Assembly: GCA_042584005.1 (NCBI GenBank)
Contig: JBHOTF010000004.1
Location: 4,151 to 68,150, forward strand
Source of the DNA: Bacteroidota bacterium
GTDB lineage: Bacteria > Bacteroidota > Bacteroidia > Bacteroidales > JBHOTF01
Length of the DNA stretch: 64,000 bases
Reading direction: 5' to 3'
The notes under the pieces are model-generated. The model ran no database searches. It saw only the letters and a list, made by a program, of their open reading frames with translations, and was not told where the DNA came from. The position numbers and the translations under genes are program-made. Below, piece after piece: positions 9,143 to 18,180 of this stretch (its first letter is position 1; every line of letters begins with the position of its first letter).

Positions 9143-10159
9143 ATGTCTGAAAATGCAATTAAAATAACTCCCAAGGATTTTAAAGTTGATATGATGGCAA
9201 AATGGTGTGCCGGCTGTGGTGATCATTTTGTACTTCATTCTGTTCATAAAGCTTTACCGGAATTGGATGTAAAACATGAAGATTTTGTTTTTGTTTCAGG
9301 AATTGGTTGCTCTTCCAGGTTTCCATATTACATGAATACTTATGGTTTTCACGGAATTCACGGCCGCGCAGCTGCAATTTCTTCGGGAGTAAAAGTAGCA
9401 AACCCTGAACTTTCTGTTTGGAATATTACCGGTGATGGTGATGCATTAGCTATTGGAGGTAACCATTTTATTCACTGCATAAGAAGAAATATTGATATTA
9501 ATATTCTTCTTTTTAATAATGAGATTTACGGATTAACAAAGGGGCAATACTCTCCGACCTCTAAAGAAGGAGCTGTATCAAAAACTTCACCTTTCGGAAC
9601 AGTTGAAAGGCCATTCAGCCCGGGTGCTCTTACAATTGGAGCCAATGGTTCATTTTTTGCCAGAACAATTGATAGTAATATCAAATTATCGACTGATATT
9701 TTTGTGGAGGCCGGTAATTTTAAGGGCACATCTGTTATCGAGATACTTCAGAATTGTGTAATTTTTAATGATATGACATTTGGTGATATTGTTGATAAGG
9801 AACATAAAGACGACCGTCAGTTAATTCTAAAACATGGTGAACCAATGATCTTTGGTAAAGAACTGGATAAAGGAATTATTCTTGAGGGATTAAAACTGAA
9901 AGTTGTTAAGATTGGTGAAAACGGTATTACAGAAAAAGATATTCTTGTTCATGATGCACATTGCGAAGAAACAGGAATACATACTTTGCTGGTAAATATG
10001 AAATTGCCGAAATTTCCTGTAGCCCTTGGTGTTATTCGTTCTGTAAAGATGAAAACATATGATGCTGCTGTTGTTGAACAAATTAAAACAGTTCAGTCTG
10101 AAACAAAAATTAAATGTATGGACGATTTGCTAAACAGCGGTAAAACCTGGACAATTTAA
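9143..10159 (+). CDS. korB: 2-oxoglutarate(2-oxoacid):ferredoxin oxidoreductase, beta (TPP-binding) subunit
   Basis: WCAGCGDH and ITGDGDALAIGGNH TPP motifs. The gap to korA is 2 nt. Confidence 0.85.
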   Translation: MSENAIKITPKDFKVDMMAKWCAGCGDHFVLHSVHKALPELDVKHEDFVFVSGIGCSSRFPYYMNTYGFHGIHGRAAAISSGVKVANPELSVWNITGDGDALAIGGNHFIHCIRRNIDINILLFNNEIYGLTKGQYSPTSKEGAVSKTSPFGTVERPFSPGALTIGANGSFFARTIDSNIKLSTDIFVEAGNFKGTSVIEILQNCVIFNDMTFGDIVDKEHKDDRQLILKHGEPMIFGKELDKGIILEGLKLKVVKIGENGITEKDILVHDAHCEETGIHTLLVNMKLPKFPVALGVIRSVKMKTYDAAVVEQIKTVQSETKIKCMDDLLNSGKTWTI

Positions 10160-10163
10160 ATTT

Positions 10164-11039
10164 TTATGCACTTTCTGTTGGAATCTGCCTGTCGACCTTC
10201 TTAATTAATCCTTGTAATACTTTACCAGGACCCACTTCTGTGAATGAGCTGGCACCATATTCAATCATATTCTTTACTGTTTGTGTCCATCTTACAGGTG
10301 AGGTTAATTGAGCAATAAGATTTTTCTTTATTTCATCAGGGTCACTAACAGGCTTAGCATTAACGTTTTGAAATACAGGGCATATGGGGTTGTTAAAAAT
10401 TGTTGAATTAATCCCTTCTGCCAGCTCAACTCGTGCAGGTTCCATTAATGGCGAATGGAATGCACCTCCAACATTTAATGGTAAAGCTCTTTTGGCTCCC
10501 AATTCTTTTAATTTTTCAATTGCCTGATTAATCCCCGGAATTGAACCTGAAATAACGATTTGTCCCGGGCTATTATAATTTGCAGGAACAACAATTTCAT
10601 TAATTTCTTCTAATTGTTTTTCAACTACTTCATCATCCATTCCAATAATGGCAGCCATGGTTGACGCTTCAATTTCACATGCTTTTTGCATTGCACCTGC
10701 ACGGATAGCAACAAGTTTTAGAGCATTCTCAAATGACAAAGTTTTGTTTGCTACTAAGGCTGAAAATTCACCAAGTGAGTGGCCGGCAACCATTTCTGGT
10801 TTAAAACTTTCGCCAATTGTTTCAGCCAGAATTACTGAATGAAGAAAAATAGCCGGCTGTGTTACTTTTGTTTGTTTAAGTTCTTCTTCAGTTCCTGAGA
10901 ACATTATATCTGTTATTTTAAAGCCAAGAATCTCGTTTGCCTGTTCGAATTTTTTTCTAGCATCATCAAAATTGTCATAAAGATCTTTACCCATACCAAT
11001 ATACTGAGCACCCTGTCCGGGGAATACATATGCTTTCAT
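10164..11039 (-). CDS. fabD: Malonyl-CoA:ACP transacylase
   Basis: GHSLGEFSAL active-site motif; 291 aa. Confidence 0.9.
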   Translation of the reverse strand: MKAYVFPGQGAQYIGMGKDLYDNFDDARKKFEQANEILGFKITDIMFSGTEEELKQTKVTQPAIFLHSVILAETIGESFKPEMVAGHSLGEFSALVANKTLSFENALKLVAIRAGAMQKACEIEASTMAAIIGMDDEVVEKQLEEINEIVVPANYNSPGQIVISGSIPGINQAIEKLKELGAKRALPLNVGGAFHSPLMEPARVELAEGINSTIFNNPICPVFQNVNAKPVSDPDEIKKNLIAQLTSPVRWTQTVKNMIEYGASSFTEVGPGKVLQGLIKKVDRQIPTESA

Positions 11040-11071
11040 ACTCTAATAGTTTTATAATTATTTTTCTTTAA

Positions 11072-11698
11072 TTAAAGAAGTTTTGCGCTGATAAGATTGA
11101 TAAACTCTTCTCTTGTTGTTGGCCTGAGAAAAGCACCTGTAAAATCAGATGTAGTGGTTATTGAATTTTGCTTCTGAATGCCCCGCATTTGCATACACAT
11201 ATGTTGAGCTTCAATAACAACAGCTACTCCCAATGGATTTAAAGTATTCTGGATACAATCTCTTATTTGAGTGGTTAATCTTTCCTGAACTTGTAAACGG
11301 CGGGCATATGCTTCTACAACTCTGGCAATTTTACTTAAACCGGTAATATATGCATTTGGTATATATGCAACATGAGCTTTTCCAAAAAATGGTAATAAAT
11401 GATGCTCACATAAAGAATATATTTCTATGTCTTTTACTATAACCATTTGGCGATAGTTTTCTTGGTACATGGCTGATTTAAGCATTTTCTCAGGATCCAT
11501 ATTATAACCCTGAGTGAAAAATTGCATTGCTTTTGCTACTCTTAATGGAGTGCCTCGTAATCCCTGCCTCGCCGGATCTTCACCAATATGTTCTAATACC
11601 TCTTTATAAACATTTGATAAATGTTTTGTTGTATCATCATCGAACTTTTCAATTTTACTATAACCTTTATTATTTTTTCCGTTTTCAGAAAATTCCAT
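11072..11698 (-). CDS. folE: GTP cyclohydrolase I
   Basis: CEHHLLPF zinc-site motif and a QERLT region; 208 aa. Confidence 0.9.
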   Translation of the reverse strand: MEFSENGKNNKGYSKIEKFDDDTTKHLSNVYKEVLEHIGEDPARQGLRGTPLRVAKAMQFFTQGYNMDPEKMLKSAMYQENYRQMVIVKDIEIYSLCEHHLLPFFGKAHVAYIPNAYITGLSKIARVVEAYARRLQVQERLTTQIRDCIQNTLNPLGVAVVIEAQHMCMQMRGIQKQNSITTTSDFTGAFLRPTTREEFINLISAKLL

Positions 11699-11773
11699 GT
11701 GTTAAGTATTTTAAAATGCTAAATTGCAGTAAACTATGAATTATTTATCTTCCTTCTCAGAAATTTCAGGCTA

Positions 11774-11792
11774 CAAATATATTACAAATTTA
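11774..11792 (-). promoter_or_regulatory. Two adjacent candidate -7 boxes on the minus strand (TATATTTG, TAAATTTG) for folE-fabD
   Basis: The plus strand reads CAAATATA (11774-11781) and CAAATTTA (11785-11792), 76-94 nt upstream of the folE start. Confidence 0.35.
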
Positions 11793-11908
11793 TATTATTG
11801 CACTTAAAACTATAATTATTCATTTATTGGAAATTTTAATAATAATATGATTATTCTTTTGAGCACACAGTAAAATAGACCATTATTATTAATGTTTAAT
11901 TAAACTTT

Positions 11909-11916
11909 TATCTTTG
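11909..11916 (+). promoter_or_regulatory. Candidate -7 box TATCTTTG
   Basis: TAnnTTTG match 65 nt upstream of hldD. No comparable box lies in the 40-nt hldD-lanB gap. Confidence 0.45.
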
Positions 11917-11980
11917 TTATAAAATGGCATTTTTTTTAAGATAAATACTATAGGAATAAAACTTTATTAGTTAATAGAGC

Positions 11981-12946
11981 ATGATAGTAATAACAGGAGC
12001 AGCCGGTTTTATAGGAAGCAATTTGTTAAACAAATTGAACTGCGAGAAATTTTATGATATTGTTCTTGTTGATGATTTTTCAAAAGAAGAAAAAAAAGCT
12101 AACTATTCAGGAAAAAAATATACTGCACTTGTCGATCGTTCTGATTTTATTTATTGGCTGGATTCAAATCATAAAATGGTTCAGTTTATATTTCATATAG
12201 GAGCACGAACTGATACAGCTGAATTTGATATAAAAGTATTTGATAAACTTAACCTCAATTATTCAAAAGAAGTATGGAAAGCTTGTGTAAAATATGGTCT
12301 TCCGCTGGTATATGCATCTTCAGCTGCAACATATGGACTTGGAGAGAATGGTTTTAATGATGATCATGATATTGTTGAAAAATTAGAACCCTTAAATCCT
12401 TATGGTGAATCAAAAAACGATTTTGATAAGTGGGCTTTAAAACAAGTCGAAAAACCATATTTCTGGGCAGGTCTAAAATTCTTTAATGTATATGGCCCGA
12501 ATGAATACCATAAGGGAAGAATGTCGTCAGTAATATTGTCAGCATACAAACAGATTAAAGATACTGGTAAAATGAAATTATTCAGATCGCACAGGCCAGA
12601 TTTTAACCACGGTGAACAAAAAAGAGATTTTATATATGTTTTTGATGTTGTTGATGTAATGTATTTTTTCTTAAATAATAGAAAAAATACAGGGATTTAT
12701 AATCTTGGAACAGGAAAAGCAAGAACATTTAAAGATCTTGTTATTTCTACTTTTACAGCTTTGAAAATTCCGGAGAAAATTGAATATATAGATACTCCAA
12801 AGGATATTCGTGAAAATTATCAATATTTCACTGAAGCAAATATGAGTAAATTACGATCAGCGGGTTATGATAAACCATTTATTAGCCTTGAAAAAGGAAT
12901 TGAGGAATATGTTATTAAATTTCTCCTTCATATGAAATGTCATTAA
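11981..12946 (+). CDS. hldD: ADP-L-glycero-D-manno-heptose 6-epimerase-like extended SDR
   Basis: Collinear with E. coli HldD by eye: MIVITGAAGFIGSN, YASSAATYG, NPYGESK, FFNVYGPNEYHKGRMSSV, YNLGTGKARTF, AGYDKPF. Confidence 0.8.
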   Translation: MIVITGAAGFIGSNLLNKLNCEKFYDIVLVDDFSKEEKKANYSGKKYTALVDRSDFIYWLDSNHKMVQFIFHIGARTDTAEFDIKVFDKLNLNYSKEVWKACVKYGLPLVYASSAATYGLGENGFNDDHDIVEKLEPLNPYGESKNDFDKWALKQVEKPYFWAGLKFFNVYGPNEYHKGRMSSVILSAYKQIKDTGKMKLFRSHRPDFNHGEQKRDFIYVFDVVDVMYFFLNNRKNTGIYNLGTGKARTFKDLVISTFTALKIPEKIEYIDTPKDIRENYQYFTEANMSKLRSAGYDKPFISLEKGIEEYVIKFLLHMKCH

Positions 12947-12986
12947 TCCAATTAAGCTGATATTTTACTTTTCTTATTAATTTATT

Positions 12987-15212
12987 ATGAATGAAAATAA
13001 CTATTCATCATTTGATAAATTTGTTCTAAGAACCCCGTTATTTCCATTTTCATATCTCAAAAAGAATTTATTGCCGGGCGCAGATATCAAGCTGCTGATA
13101 ATTAGAATATGGAAAATTAAACTTGTCAGAGAGGCTGTGTTTCTTGCCAGTCCGGATTTGTTTGAAGAAATTGGTAAAATTATACAGGGGAAGGAGTTTA
13201 AGAAGAAATATATTTGGAGAATTTATATAAGCCTGTTACAATATTTTATAAGAATGTGCTCAAGATCAACGCCATTCGGGCTTTTTGCCGGAGTAAATGT
13301 TGGAAACCTTTCAGAGAAAACCAGTATTGTGTTTGATAATCCTGAAAATATTTATCGACATACACGTTTGGATATGAATTATCTCTGTGCTTTGGCAAGC
13401 GATCTTAACAAGCAAAAATACTTAAGATCTGATCTGAAATATTTTTCCAATAATAGTATTTATAATTCAGGGGATTCATTAAGGTATATTGAATACAGAT
13501 ACGATAAGGGAAAAAGAACACATCATATGGTCAGTATTGACAGGAACCAATACATTGAGAAAATTTTAAGATTTGCTCTCCATGGGGTATTCGGAAATGA
13601 CATTGTAGGTTTGCTTATAGAAGAGGGGATAAATATAACTGAGGCGGAAGAATATATTAATGAATTAATAAACTCGCAGGTTCTTATTTGTGAACTGGAG
13701 CCAGCAATTACAGGTCCTGAATTTTTTGATCAGATACTTGAGATTTTTGATAAATATCAGGGAACAGATATAATAAGATCTTTGTTAGAAGAAGTTTCCG
13801 GTTTATTCAGAGAAATAGATAATAAAGCCAACTTTAACGGTAGGAATATATATAATGAAATTATCAGGAAGTTGGATCTGATTGAAACAAAATATAATAG
13901 GAAGTTCCTATTTCAGACAGATCTTATAAAAAAACCTGTATCCTGTGAAATTAATAAAAGAACAGTCAGGAATGTTTTAAAAGCTATAATTGTTTTAGAT
14001 AAACTTCGACCATCATCAAAAATGCAGAATCTAACTGATTTTGCAAAAAAATATACTCAACGTTATCATGATGTCGAGTTGCCTCTTCTTGAGGTACTTG
14101 ATGTTGAGTCAGGAATAGGATATCCAGTTCACAATAAAACTGATAAAACTGATATTTCCGAATTAATTGATGATATTCAAATTTTTCAAAACAATGAAGA
14201 AAATTATCTGCTATGGGACAAGACGGCAAATTTTCTTATGAGTAAATATCAGGAATGTAATAAGAAAAAGGAGCATATTATGGAGATACACGATTCTGAA
14301 TTGAAAGAATTTATCATGAATCAAAATAGCACTCCAAATAGTTTTTCCACAATGGTTTATTTGAATGAGAAAAGGGAACAAGAATCAGATATAATAATAA
14401 TTGAAAATGTAAGCGGAGCAGGAGCTGCAAATCTTAATGCTCGATTTTGTCATGCAGATGTCAATATGCAAAGCCATGTAGATGAAGTGGTTAAAAAAGA
14501 ACAGCTATTTTTTGGTGATAAAATATTAGCGGAGATTGTTCATTTACCTGAGGCACGAACAGGTAATATCTTATTAAGGCCGGTATTAAGAGATTACGAA
14601 ATCCCCTATCTGGCAAAATCAGGTATTAATAAGAAATACCAGATTCAACCAGGGGAATTGAAAATTAGTGTGAATAAAGAAGGAAGAATAATTCTTAGAT
14701 CGGAGAAATTAAATAAAGAAATTCTTCCAAGGTTAACAACAGCTCACAATTATCCGGTAAGTTCACTGCCTGTTTACAAGTTTTTGTGCGATTTGCAATT
14801 TCAGGAAAATACCTGGAACCCTACCTTTTCATGGGCGCCGTTTAATAATCAATTTGAGTTTTATCCAAGAGTTGTTTATAAAAATGTCATTCTGTCGAAT
14901 GCTTTTTGGAATATAAAAACTGAAAAATTAAAATATCTGAATAAAGTTTCTGACGAAAAATCCAAAAAACATCAATTAACAGAATGGAGACAAAAAAATA
15001 ATATTCCAGTTGAAACAGTTGTTGTAGAAGGTGATAATGAGCTTTATATTGATTTTGAGAATATTCATTATTGCCGCATCTTTTTTGAATTACTAAGAAA
15101 GAGAAAAAGAATAATAATAAAGGAATTTCTTCTTAATCCGGGACAAAAAACTAATAATGAGAATTCTGGATATATTAAACAATTTATTTTTTCTTATTAT
15201 AAAACACAATAA
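12987..15212 (+). CDS. Lanthipeptide/thiopeptide-type dehydratase, N-terminal (glutamylation) domain protein
   Basis: 741 aa. The FDKFVLRTPLFPFS start and overall organisation are typical of Lant_dehydr_N proteins. It is followed after 3 nt by the matching C-terminal domain protein. Confidence 0.75.
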   Translation: MNENNYSSFDKFVLRTPLFPFSYLKKNLLPGADIKLLIIRIWKIKLVREAVFLASPDLFEEIGKIIQGKEFKKKYIWRIYISLLQYFIRMCSRSTPFGLFAGVNVGNLSEKTSIVFDNPENIYRHTRLDMNYLCALASDLNKQKYLRSDLKYFSNNSIYNSGDSLRYIEYRYDKGKRTHHMVSIDRNQYIEKILRFALHGVFGNDIVGLLIEEGINITEAEEYINELINSQVLICELEPAITGPEFFDQILEIFDKYQGTDIIRSLLEEVSGLFREIDNKANFNGRNIYNEIIRKLDLIETKYNRKFLFQTDLIKKPVSCEINKRTVRNVLKAIIVLDKLRPSSKMQNLTDFAKKYTQRYHDVELPLLEVLDVESGIGYPVHNKTDKTDISELIDDIQIFQNNEENYLLWDKTANFLMSKYQECNKKKEHIMEIHDSELKEFIMNQNSTPNSFSTMVYLNEKREQESDIIIIENVSGAGAANLNARFCHADVNMQSHVDEVVKKEQLFFGDKILAEIVHLPEARTGNILLRPVLRDYEIPYLAKSGINKKYQIQPGELKISVNKEGRIILRSEKLNKEILPRLTTAHNYPVSSLPVYKFLCDLQFQENTWNPTFSWAPFNNQFEFYPRVVYKNVILSNAFWNIKTEKLKYLNKVSDEKSKKHQLTEWRQKNNIPVETVVVEGDNELYIDFENIHYCRIFFELLRKRKRIIIKEFLLNPGQKTNNENSGYIKQFIFSYYKTQ

Positions 15213-15215
15213 TAT

Positions 15216-16112
15216 ATGAGCAGTGTAAAACCTGATATTAAGGTACAAAAGTGTTTTATCACTGGCGACAAATGGATATATTATAAGTTATATGCTGGTG
15301 TTAGAACATGTAATAAGCTATTAATTGAATTAATTAAACCTCTAACTAAAAATCTTATTTCCAGATCTCTTATCGATAAATGGTTTTTTATAAGATATGC
15401 AGATCCAGACAATCATATTCGATTAAGAATGCATAGTACTGAAGAAAAACATATTGGAGATATTATAAATAGTATGTATGAAATGTCTAAAAGATTTATT
15501 AATCATCAACAATTATGGAAAGTACAAACTGATACTTATGTGCGTGAAACAGAAAGATATGGGACTGGCAGTATTGAACTGGCAGAAAGTTGGTTTCATT
15601 TTGATAGTGAATTAATTATTAATGTTATTGATAAAGAGCAAAAGAATCCTGATAAAGACCGGGTTTGGTTATTTTCTTTTATAGCAGTGGATAAACTTAT
15701 GGAGGATTTTGGCTTATCTCTAAAAGAAAAATATTCTCTAATAGATTTATTAAACAAATCCTATGGAGAAGAATTCAATATCAACAGAATTTTGAAGAGC
15801 CAGCTTGATAAAAAATACCGTAAAAATAACCAGAGAATAGAACAGCTTCTGGATAGTTTTGATAATCAGCCTATTTCTAAAGAATTTATGAGCTTAATAT
15901 GTAAAAGGTCTGAGAAACAATCAAAAATTGTAAATCAGATATTGTTGTCGGATAAAAATAAATGTTTGGAAGTAGAATTAAATACACTTATTGCAAGTTT
16001 TATTCACATGATGCTTAATCGATTATTCAGATCACAGCAGCGTTTACACGAATTAGTTATTTATAATTTTCTATCAAGATATTATAAATCAAAAATAGCC
16101 AGGAGCAAATAA
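15216..16112 (+). CDS. LanB C-terminal (glutamate-elimination) domain protein, thiopeptide-type bacteriocin biosynthesis family
   Basis: 298 aa. WIYYKLY ... DKWFFIRYADPDNHIRLRMH is the hallmark of Lant_dehydr_C / SpaB_C domains. Confidence 0.75.
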   Translation: MSSVKPDIKVQKCFITGDKWIYYKLYAGVRTCNKLLIELIKPLTKNLISRSLIDKWFFIRYADPDNHIRLRMHSTEEKHIGDIINSMYEMSKRFINHQQLWKVQTDTYVRETERYGTGSIELAESWFHFDSELIINVIDKEQKNPDKDRVWLFSFIAVDKLMEDFGLSLKEKYSLIDLLNKSYGEEFNINRILKSQLDKKYRKNNQRIEQLLDSFDNQPISKEFMSLICKRSEKQSKIVNQILLSDKNKCLEVELNTLIASFIHMMLNRLFRSQQRLHELVIYNFLSRYYKSKIARSK

Positions 16113-16118
16113 ATCAAA

Positions 16119-17417
16119 TTAACTGATTCTGAATATTGCTTTTTTTGCCAGTAAGGTCAGAAATATACCTCTACTGAAAAGAAAAATCAACAAGGCTAGC
16201 CATAATCCGTTATTGCTAAGACTGTTATGGAAAATCAAATATATTGGCATAAATACCAGAAATGTTGCGGCAAACATTGTATTTCTCATCTCTTTTGAAG
16301 CAATTGCACCAATATAAATTCCATCCCAAAGAAAAGCAGGGAAGCTTAATAGAGGAATTAATAATACCCAAAAGAAATATGGTGTAGATTGATCAATTAT
16401 ATTCTGATTATCGGTAAGAAGCCAGAGAAGCTCTTTTCCTGCCACAAAATATATTAATGTAAATAACATTGCAATTGCCAATCCCCATAAGAAAAGAATT
16501 TTTATCAGTTTACTTAATCCTTTATAATTTTTTGCTCCCACATATTTGCCTGTCATAGCTTCTGCGGCATGGGCAAATCCATCAACAAAAAATGAAAAGA
16601 ACATGAAAAACTGTAATAAAAGTGTATTTACTGCCAGAATTGTATCGTTGGTTTTTGCCGAGCTTGCTGTAAAAAAAGAAAAAACAAAAATCAGACAAAG
16701 AGTTCGTAAAAAAATATCAATATTAACTTTGAAAAACTCTCTAAATGCATTCAATTTTAATACTGCTGTTTTTGACCAGTATTTGAATAGTTTTTTATAA
16801 TATTTTATGAAGAAATATAATCCCAGAATAAGTCCGAGATATTGAGCTATTAATGTACCATATGCAACTCCATCAGATTTTAATCCAAATCCAAAAACAA
16901 ATATTACATTAAAAACTATGTTTAAAACATTAACTACAATTGCTATTACCATAGGGGTTTTAGTATTCTGCATCCCTATGAACCAGCCGGTTAGAACATA
17001 CAGGCCTAATGTGGCGGGGGCTGCAAATATTCTAATATAATAATATTGAGCTGCCAGTTCTTCAACTTCTGGTGATCCATCAATAATTATAAAACTAAGA
17101 ACAGCAATGGGTTTCTGTAGTATTATCAGCAACAATCCACCTCCAATTCCTACTATTGCAGCTCTCGATAATGTAAATAAACTTTCCTTAAGATCTCTGT
17201 TGCCAAATGACTGGGCAGTAAAACCGGTTGTACCCATTCTTAGAAATCCAAAGCCCCAGTATAAAAAATTAAATATCATCCCTCCAATTGCAATCGCTCC
17301 AATATAACTCTCTGATTCAAGATGTCCCAGAATTGCAAGGTCTACAATTCCAAGCAATGGAATGGTAACATTTGAAATAATATTTGGAATAGCAAGCCGG
17401 AGAATCTTTTTATTCAT
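16119..17417 (-). CDS. MATE-family efflux transporter
   Basis: 432 aa, about 12 TM segments, MATE-like N-terminus (LRLAIPNIISNVTIPLLGIVDLAILGH). Confidence 0.85.
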   Translation of the reverse strand: MNKKILRLAIPNIISNVTIPLLGIVDLAILGHLESESYIGAIAIGGMIFNFLYWGFGFLRMGTTGFTAQSFGNRDLKESLFTLSRAAIVGIGGGLLLIILQKPIAVLSFIIIDGSPEVEELAAQYYYIRIFAAPATLGLYVLTGWFIGMQNTKTPMVIAIVVNVLNIVFNVIFVFGFGLKSDGVAYGTLIAQYLGLILGLYFFIKYYKKLFKYWSKTAVLKLNAFREFFKVNIDIFLRTLCLIFVFSFFTASSAKTNDTILAVNTLLLQFFMFFSFFVDGFAHAAEAMTGKYVGAKNYKGLSKLIKILFLWGLAIAMLFTLIYFVAGKELLWLLTDNQNIIDQSTPYFFWVLLIPLLSFPAFLWDGIYIGAIASKEMRNTMFAATFLVFMPIYLIFHNSLSNNGLWLALLIFLFSRGIFLTLLAKKAIFRIS

Positions 17418-17444
17418 AATAATCTTTTTGCTCAGCGAAAATAC

Positions 17445-17452
17445 TAATTTTG
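17445..17452 (+). promoter_or_regulatory. Candidate -7 box TAATTTTG
   Basis: TAnnTTTG match 117 nt upstream of the nitroreductase at 17569. This is rather far. Confidence 0.3.
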
Positions 17453-17568
17453 TTTATCCCAACATTATTATTCAGAATATTAAGGAATAAATGTTATTTA
17501 AAGCAAGATATGATAATGCAATAATAATTTATGGCATAATTGATTAATTATTATATAAAATATGAATT

Positions 17569-18141
17569 ATGATAAATGAATTAGTAAGAAAAAACCGTAG
17601 TTACAGGCGATTTTATGAGAATCTTCCTATTAACAGGGATATTCTCATAGAATTAATCGAATTAGCAAGATTATCACCTAGTGCAAGAAATCAACAAGCA
17701 CTTAAGTTTATACTTGTGAGTGATGAGGAATTAAATGCAAAAGTTTTTCCGGAAATTACCTGGGCGGGATATCTCAAAGAATGGCATGGCCCTGAAAAAG
17801 GTGAACGACCTTCAGGATATATCATTATTCTTGGAGATAAAGAATGCGGAAAGAATTATGATATTGATCTTGGTATTGCTGCTCAAAGTATTTTATTTGG
17901 AGCTGTTGAAAAAGGTTTTGGCGGCTGTATGATATTGGCTTTTAATAAAAAAAATATAAAAAAAATATTTAATATTCCTGACCGATATGAAACTTCATTG
18001 ATTATTGCTTTGGGGAAGCCTTTAGAAATTGTCGTAATCGATGAAATGAATGAAGAGGGTGATATTAAATACTGGCGTGATGAAAAACAGGTTCACCATG
18101 TACCAAAAAGATCATTAGATGATTTAATAGTTGAATTTTAA
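17569..18141 (+). CDS. Nitroreductase-family flavoprotein
   Basis: RSYRRF and SPSARNQQALKFILV motifs; 190 aa. Confidence 0.8.
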   Translation: MINELVRKNRSYRRFYENLPINRDILIELIELARLSPSARNQQALKFILVSDEELNAKVFPEITWAGYLKEWHGPEKGERPSGYIIILGDKECGKNYDIDLGIAAQSILFGAVEKGFGGCMILAFNKKNIKKIFNIPDRYETSLIIALGKPLEIVVIDEMNEEGDIKYWRDEKQVHHVPKRSLDDLIVEF

Positions 18142-18144
18142 CCA

Positions 18145-18179
18145 CCCCAGCATATTTTATTGCTGAGGGAAGAGTTTTT
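18145..18179. terminator. Possible terminator hairpin between convergent genes
   Basis: CCCCAGCA / TGCTGAGGG stem (5+3 bp with a one-nt bulge) and an 8-nt loop. The T-run starts 5 nt after the stem, so the call is weak. Confidence 0.3.
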
Positions 18180-18180
18180 A

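Noticed and set aside
11736-11807. 23-aa ORF MNYLSSFSEISGYKYITNLYYCT (rich in Ser/Thr, one Cys) upstream of hldD-lanB, considered as a lanthipeptide precursor.
   Set aside because: It is too short to hold both a leader and a core peptide, and it has no promoter or RBS of its own. It also coincides with the two minus-strand -7 candidates for folE, so it is most simply promoter DNA. It is worth a look only if peptide mass spectrometry data exist.
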